The translations under genes and the position numbers were made by a program. The notes beneath the pieces are model-generated. The model saw nothing but the letters and a program-made list of their open reading frames with translations, did no database searches and had not been told where the DNA came from. This document shows, in pieces, positions 25,767 to 40,741 of a stretch of DNA of 64,000 bases. Where the stretch lies: the NCBI RefSeq assembly GCF_006345805.1, contig NC_043016.1, forward strand, positions 16,554,001 to 16,618,000, given 5' to 3'. Within the stretch, counting starts at the first letter, position 1. Every line of letters begins with the position of its first letter. Origin of the DNA: Octopus sinensis (Eukaryota).

Positions 25767-26654
25767 TTATATAGACACGGGAGTGGCACCTTGGGCAAGT
25801 GTCTTCTACTATAGCGTCAGGTGGACCAATTCCTTGTGAGTGGATTTGGTAGACGGAAACTGAAAGAAGCCCGTCGTACATATGTATATATATATATATA
25901 TATGTATGTTTGTGTGTGTGTGTATATGTTTGTGTCTGTGTTTGTTCCCCCAACATCACTTGACAACTAATGCTGGTGTGTTTACATCCCCGTAACTTAG
26001 CGGTTCAGCAAAAGAGATTGATAGAATAATTACTAGGCTTACAAAAAATAAGTCCTGTGGTCAATTTGCACGACTAAAGGCGGTGCTCCAGCATGGCCAC
26101 AGTCACATGACTGAAACAAGTAAAAGTGGAGAAGGGTTAACAAACGAGTTACTTGACAATGAATCTGCAATTATTTCAGGGTTTCTTTTCCCATTTTAAT
26201 TCCTAATTAACACAGGAAGAAATAGTTTAACGTTGACGATCTGAGAAAAATATTTGTTCTGTTAATATTATCTTCTTAATTGGAATGTCATCCCATATTG
26301 AACCTTTTCGTGTGCAGATTATTCTGTCAAAACGAATACTTTTTGATCCGCATTGTTTTGACAGAGTCATGCGTTATCTTGCGGCAATGAGATTCTGATG
26401 AGGGGGCTGTTAATTCTTAAAAGATATTGTAGGTTTGGAGTGAGAGACCAGATCTGGCCAGTTTGAACGTAAAACAGACAGAATACTTTTGGCCAGATAT
26501 GACCAGTTGAAATGCTAAATGAATAATATACATAGGTCTCTCTCTCTCTCGCTATCTATCTATCTATCTATCTGTATATCTATCTGTCTATTTATCAATC
26601 TATCTCTCTATCATTGTATCTATCTATACATCTATCAATCTATCTATCTATCTA

Positions 26655-26705
<51 letters not shown>

Positions 26706-27268
26706 ATCTATCTATCTATCTATCTGAGATATTCATGTGTGTGTGAGTGTATCCTCATAATTTAACATCCATCTTCCATGCTGGCATGTGTTGGACAGTT
26801 GGACAGCAGATGACCACCTGAAGGGATGTCCTCGTCCACATGTATGTGAGTGTGAGAGAGGCAAGGTGGCAAGTGTGCCAGTGCATTGGTGTTGCCACAT
26901 GCGTGTTTTTGTGTGCACATACGAGTTTCAATGTGGCCATCTATGTCTATGAGTGTGTGAGGACGTGTGTGATTGGGTGTATATAGGTCTGCGTATATGT
27001 ATGTATGCATGTGTGTATGTGTGCATGTGTGTGTATGTGTGGCTCCAATCTGATCTGGCAGAGTTTCCACAGCTGGATGCCCTTCCTAACACCAACCACT
27101 CCGAGAGTGTAGTGGGTGCTTTTACGTGCCACCGGCACGAAGGCCAGTCAGGCGGTATTGGCAATGGCCATGCTCAAATGGTGTTTTCTACTATAACCTC
27201 GCACCAACGAAAGCCTTGTAGGTGGATTTGGTAGACGGAAATTGAAAGAAGCCCATCGTATGTATATG

Positions 27269-27306
<38 letters not shown>

Positions 27307-27900
27307 TGCAGGAGTGGTTGTGTGGTAAATAACTTGCTTACCAACCACATGGTTTTGGATTCATTCCTACTGCGTGGCATCTTGGGTAAGTGTCTTCTAC
27401 TATAGCCTCGGACCGACCAAAGCCTGGTGAGTGGATTTCGTAGACGGAAACTGAAAGAAGCCTGTCATATATATGTATATGTATATATGTGTTTGTGTGT
27501 CTGTGTTTGTACCCCTCCCCAACATCGCTTGATAACCGATGCTGGTGTGTTTGCATCTGCATAATTTAGCAGTTCGGCAAAAGATACTGATAGAATAAGT
27601 ACTAGGCTTACAAAGAATAAATCCTGTAATCGATTTGCCCGACTAAAGGTGGTGATCCAGCATGGCCGCAGTCAAATGACTGAAACAATTAAACGAGCAA
27701 AAGAGCAAAAGAGAAAAACAGTAAAAGAGTACCATTGTCCAATTAACGAGCTAATTAACTTTAATTTTTTTAATTACAACTGAAAATCAAGTATAACCAA
27801 GCTTTATTTATCATGTCAGTGCCACTCACATCCATAATGGTAACCAGTATGTTTAATAAATATATTCATATAATTAGATAGACTGGTAATTGAGAAAGAT

Positions 27901-28246
27901 TTAACCAGTTACTGTAGGTAATATTGAAGTGTCCTCTTTACTAGAATTACAGTATGTGAATGGTTGCTGAGTTTGTATGGTTAATGGTGAGGACTGCGGC
28001 TCTGTTGGTTCCAGAGTGGCTGGAATTAAGTGTTCGTGGGTGATATATTCAGTATATTGAGGGCTGGGCTCTGTTGTGACTGTATTACGGCAGTGAAGTG
28101 CGGCCACAGCTTCGTCGTAGGATGGTGGAGGTTCAGAGTCTCGATCAGGTGGAGAGAGCTGTGGGACGCTTGACGACGAGGGTGAGTGGGTCCGTTGTAG
28201 GACCTCGCTGTAGGAAGGTGGCGCATATTCCATGGAAGGGGCAGAT
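27901..28246 (-). CDS. last exon of 2-TM PY-motif protein (Pro/Ser/Thr-rich tail)
   Basis: ttttgcag|A TCT GCC...; translates SAPSMEYAPPSYSEVLQ...EPPPSYDEAV...PTVTG*. AATAAA at 27808-27803. Confidence 0.85.
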
Positions 28247-28274
28247 CTGCAAAAGATGGGAAATTGATGCTTGT

Positions 28275-28514
28275 GTCATAATCGTCATCATCATCATCAA
28301 CATCATCATAATCATTATCATCATCTTTTTCAAAATCATCTTTCTTACAAAAATCATTGTTATCATCATCATCATCATCATTATCATCATCACCATTACT
28401 ATCAACATCATCAACATCATCATCACCACCACCGCCATTATCCTCATCAACATCACCACCGACATCATCATCATCACCATCAACATCATCATCATCATCA
28501 TCACCATCAACATC

Positions 28515-28546
<32 letters not shown>

Positions 28547-28582
28547 CATTATCATCATCAACACCACCACCACCACCACCAA
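28275..28582. repeat. (CAT)n/(CAC)n trinucleotide tract in last intron
   Basis: Direct inspection; ends ~30 nt before the acceptor on the minus strand. Confidence 0.95.
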
Positions 28583-29532
28583 ATAATATTTGAACCAAAA
28601 CGAATAAGGAACACACCAAATCACCATGAGGGATGTTTGCGGGTCCTTGAGACCACAAACCCTATTAAAATCCTAACACGGTGTTTCCAAGAATCTCATA
28701 ACAACCCTGAACGATGTCTCCATGGTTGGGGTGCATCTGTCATAGGTTGACTTGACTGTTCTGCTGAGTAAAATTCCTGTAGGCCCAAGGTACCTACTGT
28801 GCAAATGAAAAGGGCCTTCGGGTTGACAATAAATGTAGGGTGCGCAAAACAATGAATGAATATTGTTGTATGGGTGCCCTCAGACGATAAGTGGACGTAG
28901 AAACTAGTCGCATAGGACACACAAACCGTCCAACCCATGCCAGCATGAAAAGCGGACGTTAAACAATGATGATAATGATGATGACAATGATACACACACA
29001 CATATATACTTCTACAGGGTTGGCCAAAGGTCACTTGATAGTAAATCAAAACCCTTTAATTCCAAGATTTCATCATCATCGTTTAATGTCCGCTTTCCAT
29101 GCTAGCATGGGTTGGACGATTTGACTGAGGACTGGCAAACCAGATGGCTGCACCAGGCTCCAAACTGATCTGGCAGTGTTTCTACAGCTGGATGCCCTTC
29201 CTAATGCCAATATATATATATATATCCTCCGTGCCAGTGGAACGTAAAAAGCACCATCCGATCGTGGCCGTTTGCCAGCCTTGTCTGGCACCTGTGCCGA
29301 TGGCACGTAAAAAGCACCCACTACACTCATGGAGTGGTCAGCGCTAAGAAGAGCATCCAGCTGTAGAAACATTGCCAGATCAGAGTGGGCCTAGTGCAGC
29401 CTTCTGGCTTCCCAGACCCCAGTTGAACCACCCAACCCATGCTAGCATGGAAAGCCGACGTTAAACGATGATGATGATATATATATATATATATAGTATA
29501 CATATGTATGTATGTATGTATATATAGATATA

Positions 29533-29634
<102 letters not shown>

Positions 29635-30634
29635 ACGGGCTTTTGTCGAACTGCTAAGTTTACAGGCACGTAAACACACCAACATTGTTGTCAAGCAATG
29701 GTGGGGGTGGATAAACACACACACGTGCACACGCGTATATGTATATGATGAGCTTCTTTCAGTTTTCATTAACTAAATCCACTCACAAGGCTTTTGTCAG
29801 CCCAAGACTATTGTAGAAGACACTTGCCGCACAGTGAAACTGAACCCGGAACCATGTGGTTGGTAAACAAGCTACTTACCACACAGCCACTCCTATGCCT
29901 GCCTATATATATATATATATATATACGACAGGCTTCTTTCAGTTTCCGTCTACCAAATCCACTCACAAGGCTTTGGTCGGCCCAAGGCTATAGTAGAAGA
30001 CATTTGCCTAAGGTGCCGCGCAGTGGGACTGAACCCAGAACCATGTGGTTGGTAAGCAAGCTTCTTACCACACAACTGCTCCTACACCTATGTATACCTA
30101 TACACACGCACACATAAGTATACATGGGCTTCTTTCAGTTTCCGTCTACCAAATCCACTCAGAAGGCTTTGATGGGCCTAAGACTATGGTAGATGATACT
30201 TGGCCAAGGTGCCACACAGTGGGACTGAACCCGGAACCATGTGGTTTGTAAGCAAGTTATTTACCACACAGCCCCTCCTGTGCTTATATATATATATATA
30301 TACATATACAACGGGCTTCTTTTAGTTTCCGTTTATCAAATCGACTCACAAGGCTTTTGTCGGCCCAAGGCTATAGTAGAAAACACTTCCCCAAGGTGCC
30401 ACGCAGTGGGACTGAACCTGGAACCATGCGGTTGGTAGGCAAGCTACTTATCACACAGCCACTCCTACACCTATATACCCCTATACACATACACACACAT
30501 AGCATTCTCTCGGGAAGCTGGTAATCTCCATGCTTGTATATCGAAAATAACTTACCAGAATTTAAAGGACTATATTATTAATTATACGGATAAAAATGTA
30601 TATTGCTGCTAACGGTTACCATAGATACACTCAC

Positions 30635-30746
30635 CTCCATGATGCATCTGACCTCATGTCAACTGTGTCCATTATAACAGTCACGGCACACCGATTCCAT
30701 CTTCTCTGTTTATTACCATGGCGGCCACTGCCTCTCGACTTAAGGC
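30635..30746 (-). CDS. third coding exon of 2-TM PY-motif protein (frame ambiguous)
   Basis: ttccag|GCC...TGG AG|gtgagt, 112 nt. 3' part AVTVIMDTVDMRSDASW ends in phase 2, matching the last exon. Confidence 0.7.
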
Positions 30747-30798
30747 CTGGAACTTAATAAATACAACATGCATTAATATTTTGAGTATAATAGATATA

Positions 30799-30847
<49 letters not shown>

Positions 30848-31239
30848 TAACGGGAAGCTTTATGAAAATAAACAAAAGACGAAGGCAGGTGGAAAACAAA
30901 CGAACAATTGTATTAGTATGGCGCTCAGGAAATATAATAAAACAAGTATATATATTATATTAAATTAGAGATAAAACCACTATTAGGCAAATCAACAGTG
31001 AAAAACATAAGCCAATACATAAAATTAATTTTAAAATATAAAAGTTAAAATATAAAATTTTTAAATAATTTAAACTTATAAATTTTATATTATATATATA
31101 TATTATATATATATATATATATAGATATATATATATATATATATATATATAATAGGTATATAATTCCAAACTTACAGGGAAAAATTCAATTTAGCAATTT
31201 TAAATCAAACTTCACAATTATAATATATGTATATAATTA

Positions 31240-31945
31240 AGAGAAATAACCTCTATTAAGTAATTCAATAGTGAAAGACATTATCTATATTATATAGAAA
31301 AATTTACATATACTATGATAAATATTATTCAAAAAATCACTAAATTAAATAAACTTTAAATTGACGACACGCGTTTCGTGACTAGAGCCTTAAATTGATA
31401 ATAATAAAATCAATACTATTAAAATTAATTTGATTTAAAAATATAGCCACTCTTCAAGTCTAAAATAATAATAAAACAAATGTATGTATCTTAACATATA
31501 ATAAATAAATACAGAAATATACGTATCTTAACTATAAATAATCAAATAAAAAATAAGAATATTAATGAAAAATAATGAGTGGATTTCGTAGACAGAAACT
31601 GAAAGAAGATAAGTTATGATTTTATTTTTCATTAATATACTTATATTTGATTATTTATACTTAAGATACATATATTTCTATATTTATTTATTATATGTTA
31701 AGTTACATATATTTATTTTATTATTATTTTAGACCTGAAGAGTGGCTATATATTTATATCAAATTAATTTTAATAGTATCGATATTATTATTATCGAATT
31801 AAAAATAAAGTCACGAAACACGCATAGTCAATTTAATGTTTATTTAATTTAGTGATTTTTTAAATAATATTTATTATATTATATTAAATTTTTGTATATG
31901 ATATAGATAAATCTTTCACTAATGAATTACTTAATATAGGTTATT
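31240..31945. mobile_element. AT-rich ~330-bp inverted repeat pair (Penelope-like pLTR) with a hammerhead motif in each arm (family D)
   Basis: Plus 31732-31829: GAC CTGAAGA GTGGC...GTCAC GAAAC ACGC ATA GTC. Minus 31460-31363: GAC TTGAAGA GTGGC...GTCAC GAAAC GCGT GTC GTC. Confidence 0.7.
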
Positions 31946-32156
31946 CCTCAAAGTGTAAACAATATGAAGTATGAAAGCAAACGAGTTGGCTATGCAAACA
32001 ACAAGAGACAATTGTTGGCTGTCTCTCTACTCCCCGTTTCAAGCACATACACATATATACATATTTGTATATATGCATGTATATACATACATATATATAT
32101 ACATATCATACATACACACACACAGAGACATATATTATATACATATATATATACAT

Positions 32157-32198
<42 letters not shown>

Positions 32199-32545
32199 TG
32201 ATTCTAGTTTCAGCTTATGAGCTGTGGCCATGCTGGGGCACCGCCATATATATATATATATCATCATCATCATCATCGTTTAATGTCCACTTTCCATGCT
32301 GGCATGGGTTGGACGGTTCAACTGGGGTCTGGGATGCCAGAAGGCTGCGCCAGGCCCAGTCTAATCCGAATGTTTCTACGGCTGGATGCCGTTCCTAACG
32401 TTAACCACTCCATGAGTGTAGTGGGTGCTTTTTAACGTGCCACCTGCACAGGTGCCAGACGAGGCTGGCAAACGGCCACAATCGGATGGTGCTTTTTATG
32501 TTCCACCGCACGGGGCCAGATGAATATATATACATACATATTATA

Positions 32546-32589
<44 letters not shown>

Positions 32590-33354
32590 CACAAAGAAAG
32601 ACCCTTTGTCAGTTGTTGGCTGTCTATCTACTCCTCATTTCGAGCACATACATACACACACACATACATACATACAATGCATGCATGCATGCATACATAC
32701 ATACATACATACATACATACATACATACAAGTGAGGACGCCCCTGGGAGCTTCACTATGCTGATGAGCTTGTTCTAATTGCTGAGTCAATATCAGAACTA
32801 GAGGAAGTTTCAGGTGTGGAAGCAAGGATTAGAATCGAAGGACCTTAGAGTTAACCTAGCTAAAACCAAAGTCTTAATAAGTAGGAAGGCAGACAAACCA
32901 CAAATCCCTTCAGTTAGATGGCCTTGCTCGATTTTTAGAAAAGGCGTGGGTAGAAACTCCATATGATGTACCCAGTGTAAGCTATGGACAAGAAGGAATG
33001 GGGAAAAATACGCCCCACCACATATAAGAAAGTATTTATGAGACAATTTCAAAGTGCCTGAAAGCTCTCATCATCAACAAGTGTTATGTAACTAAATATT
33101 GATTTCATCCTTTCGTCCTTTCGGGGTCGATAAATTAAGTACCAGTTGCATACTTGGGTCGATCTAATCAACTAGCCCCCTCCCCCAAAACTTCAGGCCT
33201 TGTGCCAAGAGTAGAAAACTAAATATTGATTTGATTGTATGAATGTGTTGTAAACTATTGCGTTTTGAAGTTCAATGTCTTTACCATATAAAATTCTTTG
33301 TTTATTATTTTGTAATTCAAATTGCTGCATTAAATTCATTACAAAATACTTAGT

Positions 33355-34440
33355 AAATGGTGTGTATATGTGGTGAAAATGGATGAGGACAGCTGTGTGA
33401 AAAAAATCTCACACCCTAGCTTTTGAAGAGGTAGACCCAGGAAGACCTGAGATGAGGTGGTGAAGCACAGCCTTTGAACATTAGGCTGCACCGAAGCAAT
33501 GACTAATGACCGAGACCTATGGAAATATGCTGTGCGTGAAAAGACCCAGCAAACCAAGTGAAACCATAAAACATGGCCTACGACAGAGTGTAAGTGCTCT
33601 GAGAGAAAAGTTGGACCTGAGAAGCATCAGATGTGGTGTGCAAGAGAGACGACTGTGCTGGTATGGTATGGTCATGTGGTGAGAATGGATGAGGATAGCT
33701 GTGTGAAAAAGTGTCACACCCTAGCAGTTCTGGGAACCTTTGGTAAAGGTAAACCCAGGATGAGGTGGTGAAGCACGACCTTCAAACATTAGGCCTCACC
33801 GAGGTAATGGCAAGTCACTGAGACCTTTGGAAATATGCTGTGCATGAGAAGACCTGGCAAGCCAAGTGAGACTATGATCCGTGGCCTATGCCAGGGGTGT
33901 AATCAGCCCACTTATCCGTACCTTTCCATCATTCGACACTAAACTCTGCTTGCGAAGACCTGTTGAGGCAAGTTAAATCGAAATCAAATTCGATGACAGC
34001 ACTGCATGACTGGCATCCGTGCTAGTGGAGCACTAAGAGCACCATCTCAGTGTGACCTTTACAAGGGCCGCTGACTGGCCCTCATGCTGGTGGCATGTAA
34101 AAAGCATCATTCGAGCATGATCGTCGCCTAACTGGCACGTAAAATACATTATTCGAGCGAGATCATTGTCAGTGCCGCTGGACTGGCTCCTGTGCAGGTG
34201 GCACAGAAAAAACACCATTTAAGCATGGCCATTGCCAGTACCGCCTGACTGGGCCTCGTGCCAGTGGTATGTAAAAGCACCCACTACACTCTGAGAGTGG
34301 TTGGCGTTAAGAAGGGCATCCAACTGTAGAAACTCTGCCAGATCAGATTGGAGTCTGGTGCAGCCATCTGGCTCACTAGTCCTCAGTCAAACTGTCCACC
34401 CTATGCCAGCAGGGAAAGCGGACGTTAAACGATGATGATG
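33355..34440 (+). mobile_element. RTE LINE 3' end with complete 3' UTR (similar copies at 55015-55475, 55965-56900)
   Basis: ORF end (GRPRKTWDEVVKHDL-like), minisatellite-bearing UTR, GGAAGGGCATCC motif and (GAT)n tail. Confidence 0.85.
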
Positions 34441-34754
34441 AATATTTATTATTATCAAAAAAACCTACCGCATACAGAAATTTGAAAAACAATTCTACAT
34501 GCAAATAGGTCGTGGTGACCTAAATATTGATTTTATGAACATTATATATATTAAGAAAATTTTAAGTTCAATTTTAAATTACTTCTCATAAAAAGACCCA
34601 GAACTGCTAAATAAGGGGTGAGGAAACGATATAGCCGTAAATCCTCGAGTATAATCCGCATTCTTTCCAAAAATTTAATGGTCAAAAATCACTGGTGCCG
34701 AAAATGAAAGAAGCCTGTCTTATATATGTATGTGTGTATATATATATATATGTA

Positions 34755-34800
<46 letters not shown>

Positions 34801-34811
34801 TGTGTGTGCGT

Positions 34812-34848
<37 letters not shown>

Positions 34849-36056
34849 CCCCCCCGCAAGCGCTTCGACAAAAGATACCAATAGAATTAGTACCAGTCTT
34901 AGAAATAATTAGTCCTGGGGATCGATTGGTTCGACTAAAATGCGGTGCTCCAGCATGGCCGAAGTCAAATGTCTGAAAGAAGTACCGATCACAAAGCCTT
35001 TTATGATTGCTGTTTTTAAAGAAATAATTATAATTAAAATAAATAATTATAAGAATAAATTAGAACAGCGTGACCCATTTTAAGACTATAATTTGAAAAT
35101 TAGTTCTTAGAATTAAATAATCCAGGTCAACAGTCGATTAAAATAACCCCAAAATATTACGGGCGCATTTTTAACGATGCAGTAAAATCCCAGCTCAAAT
35201 TATCGAGGGCCCCAATTTACATTGATTTTGTTTGAGAGAAAATCTCTTTAGGGACATGATGGTTTAACGACTGCCCCAGGTAGGTTGCTGGCCAGGTAGA
35301 AGACTATACCAGGTTGAGGTGTCTCTTCTGGCATGGTTGTTTTTATGGTTGGATGCCCTTCCTAACACCAACTACCCCGTAAAGTGAACTAAATGCATTT
35401 TATGTGACACTAGCACACAGACAAGGTCAGTTATGGCATGGTTTTTCACAGCTGGGACCCATTCCAACTGCCAATTCCTTCACAGTGTGGGCTGGATGCT
35501 GAGACAAAATCACTCCCCTTCGATGGCAGGGCACTGATACCGTTTTAATTAATATTTTAATTTCGTATCCTCATTCCTCATTTATGAGTTCTGGTTCTTT
35601 CTAATGTGAAGTAGTAGTTTCAAATTAAAATTCAAGACTATTGAAAAGGTTGCAAGACGCAATGAAAATTTTAGGAAAATAAAAATAAGAAATAAGTGGA
35701 AATTTTACCAGTGAGTGTGTTGTTACATTATAAGGCACAAAAAGAAAGTGACTCTCCCCAGACACAACAGAATATGCTTCAGCACACGAGCTCATATAAA
35801 TAATTTTGCAAACCAAATCCAAAAACAAAAATTAAAGAAAGATTCTATGTATCATAGTTAATTTCGTTTCGTGGTTCCTCATTTACCAGTTCTGTGTGAA
35901 GGAGTGGCTATGTGGTAAGTAGCTTGCTTACCAACCACATGGTTCCAGGTTCAGTCCCACTGCATGGCACCTTGGGCAAGTGTCTTTTACTACAGCCTCG
36001 GCTGACCAATGCCTTGTGAGTGTATTTAGTAGACGGAAACTGAAAGAAGCCCGTCG

Positions 36057-36102
<46 letters not shown>

Positions 36103-36175
36103 ATATATATATATATAATATACAATATATATATTATATATATATATATATATACATAAATACATATATATACAT

Positions 36176-36215
<40 letters not shown>

Positions 36216-36383
36216 TATATATAGGCGCAGGAGTGTTTGTGTGGTACCTTGCTTACCAACCACATGGTTCTGGGTTCAGTCCCATGTGTGGCACCTTGGG
36301 CAAGTATCTTCTACTATAGCCTCAGGCCGACCAAAGCCTTGTGAGTGGATTTGGTAGACGGAAACTGAAAGAAGCCCGTCGTA

Positions 36384-36422
<39 letters not shown>

Positions 36423-36431
36423 TATATATAT

Positions 36432-36552
36432 ATCACAATCAAGGAACGGCCATAATAGGCCATTCACCCACTAGAAATAACAGCCAAAGCTATATATATA
36501 TATATATTTCTAGTGGGTGAATGGCCTATTATGGCCGTTCCTTGATTGTGAT
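36432..36552. repeat. perfect 48-bp inverted repeat with 25-nt loop
   Basis: ATCACAATCAAGGAACGGCCATAATAGGCCATTCACCCACTAGAAATA (36432-36479) and its reverse complement (36505-36552). Confidence 0.93.
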
Positions 36553-36652
36553 GTTGAACTTATAAATGGTCTATGACTATTTAATTTTTTTCCCACTAGG
36601 CCGCTGTGGGCAAAAAAAATTCTACAAAATTTTTTTTGCCTCCCTATATTGA

Positions 36653-36685
<33 letters not shown>

Positions 36686-37850
36686 CTAGCAGAGATACCC
36701 GGCGTTGCCCGGTTACATTCAATTGATGAATTAGACTTCTCTATTATATTTTCTGTAATGAACTGGAATATCTATGTTACGAATTTCATCAAAATTGTAG
36801 ATGAGGGTTATTTCCCTCTTTACACAACCTAAAAAAATTGTAATCATGTCACATGTATCCCATACTACTGATTTTCCATGTGCATATTCCAAAATTCCAG
36901 TCTTATTGAACATGTTAAAAGGATTTTGCTCCTGAAAAATGGAGGTCATGGAGCTCTAAAATGTGAGAGTTCAGGCCCCTATTGGGGGTGGGCATCTTAA
37001 TGTCAACCAGAGAAGTTGAATTGTTGAGAATCTTTTTAACTTGGGTCTTATATCTATTGATTTAATTTCTTTGAAATAGGAAATATATGTATGTTCACTG
37101 GGTTTGTAAAAGAGAGCAAAGCTACAGGAAACCAAAAGATGAATGATCACAATAAGCAGTCAGCTACCATACCCTAGTTGTTACCACTCCCAGTGTAGGA
37201 TTCCTCACCATCCAGCTGACAGGCACAGCCGTAAGATGCATTAAGAATCTATAGCAATTGGAAGGGCATGACCCAACTGAAATCAACATTAACAACTATG
37301 TGACATGAGGGCTAAGGAGAAATGAAAGTGTTACCTCTGGAGTTTGCAAATGACCACTATACTGATATATAACTGGACAGAATAAATTTACAATCTATGA
37401 ATGTCTTTGAATAACCATTCACTCATCTGGGAAGGCCAAAGTGTTACACTGTTGTACCATTGAATTAGAAATAATGCCCAACTTATATACTCGGGTAACC
37501 CTACAGCTACCAAGAGCACAACTATATTCGTTTTTGCTTAGATAAAATTGTTTTTTGCTTAGACAAAATTGTGGGTGTTAAGTCCCCATGGAGGGGTCTT
37601 TCTAACTTGTAAGAAGATGAAATTTTATAAATATTACTTCATTTGTGTCTAATATCTATGGTTAAAATTTCATCAACAGCAAAAATATATGAATTGTCAT
37701 GGGGGTTATGGCCCTTATGCATATAGAATGTAATTTCCAAATTTCATAAAGACCCATTCAGTACTTTTGACCTAGTTATGGATCATAAAAGAAATGACTA
37801 AAATATCGGAGTTAAGGCTCCCATTAGGGTGTTTTATATACATATATATA
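36686..37850 (-). mobile_element. non-autonomous Helitron (second family)
   Basis: Minus-strand 3' end CCGGGCAACGCCGGGTATCTCTGCTAG|T at 36686; 5' boundary approximate. Confidence 0.65.
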
Positions 37851-38296
37851 TCATCATCATCGTTTAGCATCCGTTTAAACGATGATGATGAAATATAGAG
37901 AGAGAGAGATAGATAGATAGATAGATAGATATAGATATATACACACATGATGATGATATATATAAATATATATATATAGAGAGAGATAGATAGATAGATA
38001 GATATAGATATATACACACACACACACATACAAAGATAATTTGATAGTTATAACTGAGTGGGAAAACAAAAATATGAGACACAGCCTAGTGCTTTTTTTA
38101 TGTTGATAAGCCTGGTACTTATTCTATTAGTTTGTTCTTGTGAAACCAGTAAGTTATGTGGATGTAAATAAGTGAACAGCAGTTGTGAAGCAGTGATGAG
38201 GGAGAAACACAAAGACACACACATAGACTTACATATATACATACATATATATATATATACAATTGATTTGTTCCCTGTCTACAAAATCTATATATA

Positions 38297-40741
38297 TTGT
38301 TGTTGGCATCCTTTTTGTCTCGGGAGACAATGGAGTTGCACATAAAATAATCTAGTCAGGCTTTTACATTTCATGTCCTAATACATCTCCTGCTGTGGCT
38401 GTGTAGTCCTATCCTGGACAAACACTCCCTCTGGCAGGTGCCGCAAATGTAGCAAAGGCTTTGCCTGGCTGGTTGTAATGTCATAATTTCTTGTTGATGT
38501 CTTTTCTTGTCTTTCCATTTCTCCTCTCTCTCTCTCTCTCTGTCGCTCCTTTGTGTTCCCTCTTTTACGGTACGTCGCCAATCTCCATGGTTGTTGGCAA
38601 CTGCTTCCCAGTTGGTAATATTGATGTTGCAGGCATTCATGTCCCTTTTACAAACATCCTTGTATCATAAGAACGGTCTTTCCACAGATCTAGTGCCCCT
38701 AGCAAGTTCTCCGTTCAGTATGTCCTTGGGGATTCTGCTATCTTCCATACGGCTAACATGTCCAAGCCATCTCATACGTCTTTGTGTGAGGAGTGCAAAC
38801 ATGCTTGGTACTCTTGCTTGCTTGAGGACATCTTTGTTGGGGACATGATTCTGCCATTTGAAGTGAAGGATTTTCCGGAGGCAGCGCAGGTGAAAGATAT
38901 TTAGGCAACGCTCTTGTGTATGGCGTCCAAGTATAACTTCCATACAGTAGAGTGCTAAGTACACATGCCTGGTAAATCTTCGTTTTTGTGGTCTTGGTCA
39001 GCTTATTTTTGTCCCATGCCCGTTTGGAGAGTCGGGCCATCACAGCCTTGCCAATGCATGTATTGAGCTCAGCATCAAGGGATAGGTTGTAGGTGACGGT
39101 AGAGCCAAGATAGGTAAACTTCTCCATCTCCTGTAGTCTGTGGTCTCCAATATGTATGTTTGGGATGTCTGATGTAGCCTGACCTATGATGTTGGTCTTC
39201 TTGAGGCTGATAACTAAGCCAAAGTTCTTCTGTGTGTGATACCAGAGCGGCATCATCAACAAATAGCATCTCCTTGATCACGACGCTTCTGATTTTGGTC
39301 TTGGCACGCAGATGCGAGAGTTTGAACAGTTTCCCATCACTTCTACTGTGCAGAAACACTCCATCATCTGATGTCTCAAAGGCATGTGACAGCAGCAGCG
39401 AGAAGATGCCAAATAATGTAGGAGCAAGAACACAACCTTGCTTTACCCCATTTTTTATTTGGAAGGCAGCTGATGTTGAACCATTGTGCTGTATGAAAGA
39501 TTTGATGATCCTCAGCAGCTTTGATGGACATCCGATGTTTTGGAGCAGGATGAAGAGGCATTTTCTACTTACCAAATCAAAGGCCTTTGTCAGATCAATG
39601 AAGGCCATATATAATGGCATTTTCTGCTCTCTGGACTTCTCCTGAAGTTGGCGTATGGAGAATATCATGTCAATAGTTGATCTGCTTCTTCTAAACCCAC
39701 ACTGCGATTCTGGATAAATTCGAGAAGCAAGCAGTTGTAGCCTGGACAGGATAATGCGAGCAAAGGCCTTTCCAACAATGCTTAGAGAGATATCCACGGT
39801 AATTGTTACAATCACCATGGTCACCTTTGTTTTTGTAAAGCGTAATGATGTTAGCATCCCGCATATCCTGAGGGACTGTACCCTCTTCCCAGCACTGACA
39901 CAGAAGCTCATGAAGGTGCCGAAGCAGGTGTGTTTTGCCGGTTTTGATTATCTCTAAGGGGATGCCGTCTTTTCCTGGAGCCTTGTTACTTGCTGGGATG
40001 AATAGCCTTGGTGAGCTCTGCTATAGATGGCAGACTCTCAAGTTCGCACATGATTGCCAAGATCTTGACACCCTCGATTGCAGCCTCAGCTACCGTGGTC
40101 TCTGTGAGTAGTGATCCTGGTAGTACTCCACCCATCTACCCATCTGCTTGCTTTGGTTCTTGATGAGATCTCCAGTAGTTGATTTCAGAGGGGCTGACTT
40201 GGATGCAGATGGACCGAGGGCCTTCTTCAAACCGGCATACATCCCACGGGTGTTGCCACTGTCAGCTGCTGACTGGATACTCTGACAGATTTCCTGCCAA
40301 TACCTGTTTGCACAGCGCCTGGCAGTCAGTTGGGTTTTATTTCTTGCCTTTCTGAGTTCTTCGACTGACTTTGTAGAAGAATCACTCTTGTATAGCATCA
40401 GAGCAGCACGCTTTGCTTCAATAACTGTTTCCAGCTCTGAGAGCCCAGCACTGAACCAATCTGGGTTTTGCCTTTCTCTCATGCCGAAAGTATCTATTGA
40501 TGTGATATACAAAGCTTTCCTGATATAATTCCACCTACTTTCAGCAGAGGAGTTTGGGCAGCTACTGAGGGCAACTTTGATAGAAACAGCAAAACATTGT
40601 CGCAGTGTAGGGTCCAAGGTTCTGGCAGTGTTAATGCTTGGTCGGCCTGTTTTCTTGGAGTGATGGACTTTTTTAGGCAGAATCCTCACCCTGCTTCTTA
40701 TTAGTGAATGATCTCTGTCACAATCCGTGCTGTGGTAACTA
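38297..40741 (-). mobile_element. BovB-like RTE LINE, 5'-truncated and frameshifted
   Basis: YPESQCGFR, FIDLTKAFDLVSR, GVKQGCVLAP, MLFVDD, FTYLGS, RWLGHVSRM and C-terminal CxxC...RIGLHSH. Confidence 0.93.

Noticed and set aside
28026-28750. Poly-Asp/His/Ile/Met ORFs
   Set aside because: Translations of an intronic (CAT)n tract; the real exon starts at the acceptor at 28246.
28650-28800. Possible cassette exon after ttttcatttgcacag
   Set aside because: No phase-compatible donor before a stop, and the flanking exons already join in phase.
35855-35895. Partial hammerhead (CCAC GAAACG on minus strand)
   Set aside because: The CUGANGA half is missing; a SINE begins at that point.
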